This document shows positions 27,393 through 39,389 of a stretch of DNA of 64,000 bases, piece after piece. The notes below the pieces were generated by a model. It did no database searches and was not told the DNA's origin. It saw only the letters and a list, made by a program, of their open reading frames with translations. The translations under genes were made by a program, and so were the position numbers. Position 1 is the first letter of the stretch. Each line of letters starts with the position of its first letter. Origin of the DNA: Octopus vulgaris (taxonomy: Eukaryota); contig OX597821.1 in NCBI GenBank assembly GCA_951406725.2, positions 59,768,001 to 59,832,000 of the forward strand, in the 5' to 3' direction.

Positions 27393-28616
27393 AATTTTAA
27401 TTTTGTGGAGTTGAAATTTCTTATTTAACATCCCTGAAAATTATTCACTCTTAAACTAAAATAAAGTAAGCATTTAAAACGGGAAAATATTTGCATCGTT
27501 TATAACTAATAATACTCTGAGAAGTTTCATTTTATAATAATATGGGCACATTTACTGAAATTAAAAGTTGAGCAAGACTTAATGACTCTTGTTATATTCT
27601 TTTCAAGAAAAACAAATCTGGAAATGTGAAATCAGACTAAATTACTCACAAGTTAAATTTATAGATAGCTTAAAAGTTTCCAAGATAATCAAGTGGATTT
27701 GTTATAAAATTGTTTCCATTTCTTGAGCGATTGAATTTCATCTTCCAATAATTTACAGATATTCCAACAAAAATTCATTAATCTAATTTAACTTTGAAAA
27801 TTAAATTGCAACTAAAATCTCATCCCATTTGAAAGGCTTCAATTGTCCAAGTTGTGGCAACAATTTGCTTTTAGATATAAATTTCATGAACTAAATAAAC
27901 ATGAAAATTTACTAGAAAAGCTCTAATTGATTTCATTGATAAATAGCTTTTACTAAAAAAATTATTTACATTAAAAATATATATATAAAGATGAATGATA
28001 ATGGTGTGAAAAGTTTGAATTTAAAAAAATTATGGTTCTATTCATTTGTTTGATGAAAACTTTGTAAAGATACTAGAAAAATATCCAAGAAATATTCAGA
28101 GAAAAACCACATTTGTTCTGAAAATAAATAATGTGATTCCAGAATTATAAGAATAAAAAGCCATACCTCTTCAACATTGATTCATATCACAAAATAATTA
28201 AATTCCAGCCAACCCACAGAAAGGGAGGTTCTACTGACTGTTATATTCTTTTGCCACCTGACATAGATTTAGTTAAGTTAAAAAATATATGAAGCTCTAA
28301 TAGTTAAATAGATGGTGAGTCTCCATCAAACATGTATTTAACTAAATATAAGATCATACATTGATAGTAAAATTTTCATTTCTAACCGACAACATGATAA
28401 AATGAAAGAAACAAAAATTTTTTACAATTCAATGAAGAACATAATTGAATTTCCAAATAGATGATTCTTTTGATTCTTTGCTAACGCAATACTAACATTC
28501 CACACAGCACTTATGTAATAATGACGCAGTAATACTTTTTCCAATAAGTCGTTTTATATCTTTCAGCAAACACTCAAACACACACAAAAATGAATATTTT
28601 AGTGAATCTGTAACAT

Positions 28617-28754
28617 CTAAAAGTTTAACTGCCGTAAACCACTTCGATGAGTTCTTTCTCCAGCCCATGACTTAGATTTTCCTCTGAAGTGTTTCAAATC
28701 ACTGGAATGATCACTGTGTAACATTGGCTTGTAGGTTTGAGGTTCACAAAATTC
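28617..28754 (-). CDS. cdc25: cdc25 last coding exon ([13 protein letters not shown]...KSKSWAGE...LNF*)
   Basis: TTGCAG acceptor; CEP..Y.PM and KS.SWAGE C-terminal motifs; TAG stop at 28617-28619. Confidence 0.96.
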   Translation of the reverse strand, partial: EFCEPQTYKPMLHSDHSSDLKHFRGKSKSWAGERTHRSGLRQLNF

Positions 28755-30204
28755 CTGCAACATAAGAAATAACTTATTAACTACAATTTAGAATTAGCTG
28801 CATTAAAAACTACTTTATATATATATAGCACTTACATAGCATTACATTCCAACTTGGGTCTTCTGGATACCAATACCTCTCATATATCATCAGCATCGTT
28901 TAACATCCGCTTTCCATGCTAGCATGGGTTGTCCTCAGTCAAATCGTCCAAAGCGGACGTTAAACAATGATGATATGAGAGGTATTTGTATCCAGAAGAC
29001 CCAAGTTGGAAGGTAATGCTATGTAAGTGCTATGGAAGGACCATAGTTAAGCTATCAGTTCGATTATGATACGAGTGAGGAGTAATGTGGATCTTGTATG
29101 AGCATGTTAAATATATTGAGACAACAAAGCAAAAGCTGTGTGGAATTTTCAAGACATTTGTAAAGAGAAAGTCTTACAGCTGTTTCTGGGATATCCCTTC
29201 ATCAGAGACAATGTGAGATGGTTAAATAGAGAGAAATATTTGAGTTCAATATAAGGAGTTATTTTGGAAAAGGAAGGAAATAAGGAGTATATAGGGAAAT
29301 AGGAGAATGGATGTAGAAAAAAAAGAAAAAATTAAAATATATAAAGATGTTATAGTTGCAGTTCTATTATCCAAGGAAAGTGGTGTGTAGAAGTGGTAGA
29401 AATGCTTCTTGTCTGTGGGATGTAAATTCCAATAGGAGTTCATATTTTGTCGTTACAAATGGAAAGTGTAGAGATGAAAATTCCATGTACTGTTCATTCA
29501 AAGGGGTCTTGTGGTGTGAATGAAAATTTGAGAATGTAGTGGTAGTATTTAGTGGATAGAGAGGGGAGAATCATCATCATCATCGTTTAACATCCGCTTT
29601 CCATGCTAACATGGGTTGGACGTATGACTGAGGGCTGGCAAACTAGTTGGCTACACCAGGCTTCAATCTTGATCTGGCAAAGTTTCTACAGCTGGGTGCC
29701 CTTCCTAACGCCAACCACTCCGAGAGTGTAGTAGGTGATTTTACGTGCCACTGGCACGGAGGCCAGAGAGCCGCTCTGGCAATGATCATGTTAAAATGAA
29801 GAGAGAGGTCAAAAGGAAATGGTGAGAAAAGAAGGAAAGAAAGACGAAGAGAAAATGAAAACTAGAAAATAAGACAAAATATTAAAGGAGTGTTTGTTGG
29901 TGATCAAGATAATATGAGGGGGAGACGAGAGAAGAGTAGGGGAGGGGTAGGAAGAGATAACAATGTAAGTAATGAATATAATGAGGTGGGGGTGATGATA
30001 TGTTAGAATGGTATTAAGGGATGGGTACAGAAAAAGGTATAGGGGTGGTTCTAAACCACAAAACAGAAGGGAAGAATACTAAGAATGGTCAAGTTTCTAT
30101 ACATAGACTTATGTCTATTGTACTGGCTAATGTGATAGTGTGGGTAGAGGAATCAGAAAGAAAGAAGTGTACATTGATATACGCACACATGCACAAACAT
30201 GTTC

Positions 30205-30242
<38 letters not shown>

Positions 30243-33200
30243 ACTATTACATAGTTGTTTGAATTGAAACTGAGCTTATGGTATGAAGGCAAAGTTATTC
30301 TGACATACCTATTATCTGTTATTTGTTTTAGCCATAGGACTGGCCATTCTAGAGCACTGCTTTGAAGGACCAAGATAACCCCCCCCCCAGTACTTATTCT
30401 ATCAGTCTTTCTTGCTAAGCTACTAAGTTACAGGATAGAAACAAACCAACACGAATTGAGGACCAAGTGAGAGAGACAAACACAGACATGCAAACATGTA
30501 AGTGACGGGCTTCTGCATTGTTTCCACCTACCAAATTCCTTCACAAAGTTTTGGTCAGTTTGGGGCTATGGAAGACATTCAACCAAGGTGTCATGCAGTG
30601 GGACTGAACCTGAAACCATGTGGTCAAGATGCAAATTTCTTAACCACACAGCCACAAAATTTAACAAACTTGAAATTTAAAAAAAAAAAAGGGTAACTTA
30701 CAAGTAAACATAAGAATCTATTATGAAGTGAAATACAAAATTAAATTTTAAACATTTTAACTCTGGCATTTAGCAACGTATCTACCAAAATCTGGTATGA
30801 TTCCATTTCTTCTTGAAACACTTAACCTCCTAAGCTTTTGTCTTTAATCACAGTAATTTCTGATTTAGGGTACATGGCCAGCATTTTTTGAAAGAACGGG
30901 TACTTGATGATAGTGTAGATTATTGACTCTGAAAGAATGAGCCGACCTCAATGAGATTTGAACTCAGAACAAAGAACCAGAAGAAATACTTCAATGGACT
31001 TTTCTATGTGATGCTCTAACATTTCTGCCAACCCATTGCCCATAAAAAGAAACATAGAAACAATTACCATGCATTTCTCGAAGAAAGCTTTGTAACCACC
31101 ATCAAGAATATAAATTTCGGGGTAATACAGATAAGGATAACAGCTCTCATTTGCATTTCGGTCTCTGCTTCTTAGGAATTTTGCTCTGAAATTTTAGAAG
31201 TGAAAAATATTAGAAACTTTAGGAAAAAGGCTGATTTACAAATACAACACATGGTATTGCAATTTAATCCTTTAACATAAACCTGACAGGTCCAGCCTAA
31301 ATATTCTACCATGTTTTATGTTCAAACCATTTGGATCTGGCCTCTTACTCCTATCCTACAATATCCTAAAAATAAATAATCTCACCATTGAATTCTCAAA
31401 GCTATAATGTAAATAAATTAGCATTACATTTGACAGAGTAACCTGAATACTAAAGAATTAATCCTCAACCATTCTCATAACATTCATGAAACTCAAACCT
31501 CGGTAAAGCTTCCACCATCATGTATTTTTTTTTTCTTTTTCATCATCCCTACTTTTCCCAGTAGAGAACATACTCAAGCTGTGTCATTTGCTAGGATCAG
31601 ATGCCTTCATATTTTTTCCGTTCACTGTTTTAATGTTGATGAGTACAAGCAGTACATCTATATGAAAAATGCACTGCCTTACAGCAGTCAAAAAACAGCA
31701 AGCAATAGTCAGTGCATTTGGGGTAGCTGAGCACACTGGGTGGTGGCTGGGGTGTGTTTTTGTAGCACAAAGAGAATCTTTGATCGTTAACCTTGTTATC
31801 ACAGATCAATCCATGCTAAGTGTAATATGGTTTGCAATTAAGCATACCATGTTATCCTAGGTCAATGATAAACAAAGCCACATATATTCAAATATAAACA
31901 TAACACAACATGGTTCTGAATTACATGTTAGCATAAAACTAGAAGCATCCTGAAGCAGGTTGATATGGAAAGCATAAATATTGAAATTCCGAATTATTAA
32001 CACAAATTAAAACCAACTATCTATAGCAGCTATTGAACAGCTCATCATCATCATCACTTTTCTAATATCTGAAAAATAAAGCTGTCTCTTAGCAAGACAA
32101 ATTAAATACTCATGGCACCCAATATCAGAAGAGTGAAAGACTCAGGCAGAATATAAACCCAAACCAGAAAAATTACATTAACCCTTTACCATTCAAATTA
32201 CTCTGACAAATGTACGGATTATTTGTTTAGTTTTGAATTAATCATACATTATCTCAGCTTTAAAATTTCAATGATGTGATTATTTTTACAGTAACAGAAT
32301 AGTAGGCATGAAAGGCTGGCACTAGCTGGTTTGAACATATAAGGTAAGGATAAAGACCCCCTTCGATCATGAACAATCATGGGATTGCACCTACAAAGTT
32401 CCCATCTGAGGCACAAGTCTGGGCATGGTTGTTTTGTAGAAGACCAGCAGTCGCCCTTCCCCACATCACTGATGTTATCTAAGGGAAAGGCAAAGGCTGA
32501 TACAGCTTGGCACCAGTGATGTTACAATTCATTTCTACAGCTGAGTGAACTGGAGTAACATGAAATAAAGAGTCTTGCTTAAAAGAACACAATGCACAGG
32601 CCGATCTGGGAATGGAACTCACAACCTCATGATTATAAGCCCAGCCATGCACCTTCAATGAACATGTAATTGTTAGAATATTTGGGCCAGATATGGCTGC
32701 TTTAAAAGCTAGAGGACTAACACATTCAGTGCTAACATACTGCTCCAGTCATCTCAACATTCTACAAAATTTAAACAAAGAAAAAAACCAGTCCTACAAA
32801 ATTTAAAATAAAAGCACAATTACTTACAACTTTGGTGCTCTTTCAGAAGAAAATTCGCAATGGAATACAACAATATCTCTTTTTGCAGAATCACTCATTT
32901 TTGGAGGATTTTCTAAAAATTTCTTATAAATGCTGTTTTCATCATAAAGATTTTCTGCTTTCTGAAACAAAGATTTCAATATTGAAATATTTCACATGAA
33001 ACATACTCAAATCTCACTAATATTTAAATATTTCACAATGAAACATACTCAAATTTAGTCGGAAGGGAAAGAAACAATGTGCATCCTCTTCCGATTCCAT
33101 AATCAAATTAGAAGATAAGCAGATCAGAAGTTTGGAAGAAGAAAATGGTAGGTTATATTGACCCAAGTGTGTAGCTGAGTGGTAAGAAATTTGCTTCCCA

Positions 33201-36200
33201 GCCACATGGATTCTGGTTCAGTCCTACTGCATGGCACTTTAGGTAAGTGTCTTTAACTACAGCCCTGGGCTAATGAAAGCCTTGTGAATGGTTTTGGAGA
33301 AGAGAAACTAAAAGAAACCTGTTGTATGCATGTTATTATCCCCTTGCCTTGAAATAGCCTGATTGCTGTAAACAAGTGCCATTGTCATCCAAGTGGTGTA
33401 TCATTTCCAACCTTCCATGTAAAAATGTCTCATCATGGTGGGAAATATTATAAACAGGCAAGGGTTTAGCATTCAAATTACTCTGTCAAATGTATGGACT
33501 ATTTGTTTACAGCTTTTAATTAATCCTAGATTATCTCAGCTTTGAGATTTCAAATGAGGTGATTATTTTTACAGTAACATAGAATGGTAGGTGTAGAGAA
33601 TCTGTTTCAGCAAATTTCATCTGAACCATGCGAGCATGAAAAATTGACGTTAAAAATGATACTGATGTAGGACTTGTATTTTATTTTACCAACCTCAGAA
33701 GAATGAATGGCAAAGTAGGCCTTGGTAAAATTTGAACACAGATACAAAATGACAACTACTAAATTCCGCAAGGTATTTTATCAAATGCTCTATAATTCTC
33801 AACCATTACAGGCACCAAGATCTGAAATAAGACTGTGTCATATATATATATATATATATATATACGAAGGCAATGACCAAGACCTTTGGCATTATGTCAT
33901 GCTTTGGAAGAAGACCCATCAAGCCGAGCAAAATCGTAGTTGTGACATACTGGTGTCACGCAAATTGACACCCATACTGGTGGTACGTAAAAAAAGGTGA
34001 AATAATCCAACAGCAGGAAGGAAATTTGTTAACAACTGCATAGAGATAAGAGGCAGATAAATTTTCTCTCTACCGGTGCACAACCATGTGTAGATGGAAA
34101 TGGCACCTCGTTTGTGAACCTCGTTTATAACAGGTACATGGGCAGTGTGGATCAGCTGAACCAAATGATGAGTTATATTATCCAGTTGGTAGACCAGGTA
34201 ATAAATGGAGATATTTGGTTTGATATATAGTGAACATGAGCATTGTAGATGCATTTATATTATGTACCAAATCAGGAGGGGCTCTCAAACTGTGACCATC
34301 TGCAGTTCCAAGCAGATTATTCCTTCAGAAAAATGACTGCAGGAAGGAAAAGCAAAACCTGCCAGAGAGATATCCCTCTGAGTTCAGCCGATCTCCATAA
34401 ATCAGAAATGAATCAGGGGTTGCAAAAGGCAATGCCATTAGTGTCTACATCAACAAAGAAAAACTCCCAATGGACAGCCAGTTGAAACTTCTTTCTGATT
34501 TGCATTCTGCAAGGTTGCAATATGTAAGGTGGGATGTTTTACAAGTTTCCATGATAGAAATATTGTGTGAATATTGTATATATGTATGGTTAGATTGTAT
34601 ACTTTTTCAAATTTACTTCACTTTTATTTTTTATTTACTTGTAATTTTAATTTGCCTGTAAGGTGAGTGACAAGTTTTAATTTGATTTCTATTGTAAATC
34701 TTTATTATATATGTTCTTGTGTATTCATGTATATGTGTGAGTATATTTCATTTAGTTGATGTATTTAATTTTCTAGTTTTCTTCAAAAACAAATTCCAAT
34801 CTTTCAGTTTATTTTACCTTTATGGTACACCTGTTCTTCTATGTATTAAATTCAACTGATAATCTAGTGATGTGCACAACTCTTCTTTATTTAAATTTTG
34901 TTGTATACCTAATTGAATATTAGCTGATGACTCATTTTCTATGGTGATGTTTAAACAAAATTTTAATATTTTTTATATTTTGCTCAATTTACCTGTATTT
35001 ATCTGTAATTAGAGTTGCTTTGAGACAAAAGTTATGCAATAGAATTGAATAAGAACCCTTTCTTCAATTATGTTCCAAATATCACGTTAATATGTTGATA
35101 AATAAAAAAGTTACAGTTGTTTAATGAAACTAGTCTACATTCATGATTATTTTGGAATTAAATTGAAACTCACGAGGTGTATTTTGGTCAGAAATATTGT
35201 AATGAAAGGGTTAAGGCAGTGCTCCAGCATGGCCAGTCTAATGGCTCCAAACAAGTAAAAAAAAGAAAAGATAAATAATGACTCGAGAGCAGATATAGAA
35301 GATCACGTGGGATCAGATGTGCCACCCAAATACCTTAAGTCACAGAACTGAACACAGATCTTGAAAGGCAAAACTTACCTTAATATGTCCACCTTCAAAT
35401 TCATACGGATAGCGACAATCTATTATGGAGTAAGAATTTATTTCATTATCATAGTGCCCGTGTAATAATTCTTTTACCTGTCAGCAAAAATAAAAAGGAA
35501 AGAAGTGTTTGACAAGAAACCATTGAACTCAACCATCTAAAAATGAAAATAGCATGCCATTTGTAAATTTTTCCAGCAATGAGGAGGAAACCAGGTTGCT
35601 AGAGTTCTGCGGTGCAAATTAACTTATGGCTTGTAATACTAACATCAGGAAACCTGCCAGTCCCCTATTCACCTACTGGTCTGGTGGACACACTAGTCAA
35701 TTTGACTACGTCCTCGCCAAGAAATGGGAAACATGGCTACTTATAAATGCTAAAACCTTCCAAAGTGAAGAATACACCCCACAACATAGATTAGTTGTTA
35801 GCAACTTCAGGATCAGAAGACAACCAGCATGGAAAAGAAGGGTCTGGAAGCTTAAGGATCCTGTGAAAGGACAGATTTAGTAACGTATTACTCAAAGCTT
35901 TTGACAAAATAAAGGAGGATATAGCATCGCATGATGTGGAAGACAACTGGAGGTTCCTATGAGACAACCTGTTGAGAGTTGCTGACCAGATTTGTGGATG
36001 GTGCAAAGTCCCCTCTTGACCCAAGGTAATGTGGTGATGGAACAATGTAGTTGTCAGGGCCATTAGGAAAAAGAAATAGGCCTGGAAGAACAGTGGTAGC
36101 AGAGAATTGTATCAGATTGCAAGAAGGGAAACTAGGAAATGGGTTTATTTAGCCAAAAGGGAAGCAGATAAAAAAAAATTTGCCAATGTTCTGCATTGTG

Positions 36201-39200
36201 AGGACCAAAGACTTGAAGTGTTTCATGTTGCAAGACAGTGTGCGAGAGAGAATCGTGATGTAGGAGAGAAATGTGTCCACATGGATGATGGCTCGCTTGC
36301 ATTTAATGAGGCTGCAAAGCAAGCAACTTGGAGATGCCACTATGAAAGGTTGCTAAATGAAGAAAATCTGCCAAATGTCGACTCAACAGAGGAACCAGCT
36401 ATCTGAATTGACAGATAAAGCAGTTCAGGGTATGAAGACAGGGAAAGCTCTCGGCCCATCAAAAATCACCGCAAAGATGCTTAAAATACTTAGCAGTGTC
36501 ATCTAGAGCCTAGTCACTCGTATAGTCAATCAGGTGATACATGAAGGAGTTGTAGTGATGCTACTGTGCAGGGTTTGGCGCACATGCGCAGAATGGGACT
36601 ACTTCCGTGTGGCCACCGGAAGTCTTCCCCATGCGCATGTGCGGGAAAACGTCCCTCGAGCCCGCGAACCTCAAATCTCTCTCTTCGGCTGAGACAGCAT
36701 TGCGATCGGTCACGAATTCTCGGCTCTGACCGCCACACGACCAGCAACCAACTTCAACGACCAACACGAAGCAGTATATCAGAGGCTGTCTTTCCCCCCA
36801 CCAGACAACGTACTACACTGAATTGGCCCAAGAAACTTTCAAAAACAATCTACATTTAACTTTCTTTAAAATGTTTTTCGTTGTATGATATCATGTACCA
36901 AGTCTTCTGGGGGATCGGCAAGCCTTCTGTTTTCTGCAGCACCACCACAATATTCTTGTTGCCGTACTTCGCACTCGGAGGGGAGCCCTGTAGTGATGCT
37001 ACTGTGTAGGGTTCAGCGCGCATGCGCAGAATGGGGCTACTGTGTAGGGTTCAGCGCGCATGCGCAGAATGGGACTACTTCCGGGTGGCCACCGGAAGTC
37101 TTCCCCATGCGCATGTGCGGGAAAACGTCCCTCGAGCCCGCGAACCTCAAATCTCTCTCTTCGGCTAAGACAGCATTGCGATCGGTCACGAATTCTCGGC
37201 TCTGACCGCCACACGACCAGCAACCAACTTCAACGACCAACACGAAGCAGTATATCAGAGGCTGTCTTTCCCCCACCAGACAACGTACTACACTGAAATC
37301 AATAAACCAAACTACTGTCTGTTCACCCTTTTAACCTGTGTTCGTCTGTATTGTTTTCTGGAAGAATTTTATATGTGACTAGAAAGGATCTCGACACCCT
37401 TCCAGTGCTTCGATAATAGATCCTTTCACGTTACTGAGTCATACGCAATAACTGGTGTAGCAAGACCATAGTCAACTGCTACAAAGGTAAAGGTGATGCA
37501 TTAAATACAAATAATTACAAAGGTATCAAGTTGTTGGATCAGGTAACGAAAGTCATGGAGAGGGTCATAGCCCAACTAATTATGGAAAGACTTTAGACGA
37601 AATGCAGTTTGGGTTCGTGCCAAGGAAAAGCACCACTGCTGCTACATTTCTGGTAAGACAACTGCAGAAGAAATACCTAGCTAAAGATAAACCTTTGTAC
37701 CTGGCTTTCAGTTATGAAATTACCTGACTAAATCCAGAAGCCATTTAATCCAGGATACCAAATATAAAGTTTTAAGATATATAAAATGGACATTTATATA
37801 TATGTGAAATATATTTTACAAGAGTTAATCACTGCAATTCTTGCTTTAATTTTTCACCACCATCATTTTAATTTCCATTTTCCCATGGAGTGGACAGAGC
37901 GGATGGTTACCACCCGTTGCTAAGTGTCACCTGTTCCCAAGTAATGTAATATTTCCTCATAATCAGGCATGTTTTCACAAAAGGGTGGAAACAAAGGGAC
38001 ATCATTTGTATGACAATGATACATGTTTACAACTATAACATGAAGTCAAGGCGAAGGGACAGTCACACACACCCGCACAAAAACATACGTGTATATATGT
38101 ATATCATGTGACCGACCAGGCTATCAGATGTTGCTACACACCGCCAGTTACAATGCGCTTCGCATTGTTTGTCATCAATTGACGCCAACCTGCTGGCTAA
38201 GCGAGCAGGCCAACAGAAGAAAGAGTGAGAGAAAGTTGTGGCGAAAGAGTACAACAGGGATCACCCACCCCCCTGCTGGAACCTCATGGAGCTTTAGGTG
38301 TTCTCGCTCAATAAACACTCACAATGCCTGGTCTGGGAATCGAAACCGCGATCCTACGATCAAGAGTCCACTGCCCTAACCACTGGGCCATTGCATCTCC
38401 ATGTATGTATGTAAGTATATAGAAATAAAGAAGTCAGATCCTGTACACTATAGATCTCTATTGCAAGCAGACCTGGACACAATGCAGCAGTAGATCATGG
38501 ACTGGCAACTCAAGCTGGCTGTGGATAAATGTACCACCATGCATTTTGGGAGGGGAAACCCAGCGTCCACCTACTCCCTCCACAACACTAATCTCAAAAT
38601 GTCTTCGTGTGAACGTGACCTGGGTGTTATTGTCGACAGTGATTTGCGTTGGACAAAACACATCGCTAAAATTGTCAAGAAGGCTGAGGGTGTCTTGGCA
38701 TCACTCACCAAATCCTTTGTGAGTCGCTCTCCGACTATATATCTGCGGCTTTATATAGCTATGGTAAGACCTCACCTGGAATTTGCATCACCAGTCTGTA
38801 ACCCCTATCTTGCCCAGGATATCAATCGTCTGGAAGCCGTTCAGCGACGTGCAACCAAAAGAATACCCTCCATCAGGCATTTGCCATATTCTGAATGCCT
38901 TACTTCCCTGGGCATGGACACATTGAAACTCCGACGTCTGGCAGCTGACTTGGCAGACACCCATAAAATTATCAACCATCTTACAAACAATAACTCTGAG
39001 CACCTTTTCAAACTCCACCCGTCTAACACCCGTGGACATATTTACAAAGTCAGAAAACAGCACAGCTCCCATGACTTTAGGAAACATTTTTTCACGCTGA
39101 GAGTTGCTGAAGCATGGAACAAACTGCCGGCATCAGTTGTTAGATGTCGGAGCACTGCATCCTTCAAAACTTCCATGCTTTCTGAGATTCGCCAACACTA

Positions 39201-39348
39201 CACCTGATTTTCTCCCCTCCATACACATACAAGCATGTATCTGACTCATACATTGTTCGCTTTCCAGACATTTGTACATTACTGCATATATTTTATACGC
39301 ACTTTCTGACAAGTTGTGGTGCACCTGAGCACTGTATACAATAATTTC

Positions 39349-39389
<41 letters not shown>

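Larger units (their letters stand above)
26063..28616 (-). other. Probable long AU-rich cdc25 3' UTR with AATAAA signals at 26935-26940 and 26063-26068
   Basis: AT-rich and nearly free of SINEs compared with the flanks; by eye the first canonical AATAAA after the stop is at 26935-26940 (an ATTAAA variant lies at 27396-27401). Confidence 0.5.

Noticed and set aside
36526-37296. Several overlapping GC-rich ORFs on both strands
   Set aside because: They are chance frames in duplicated LTR sequence with no recognisable protein motif
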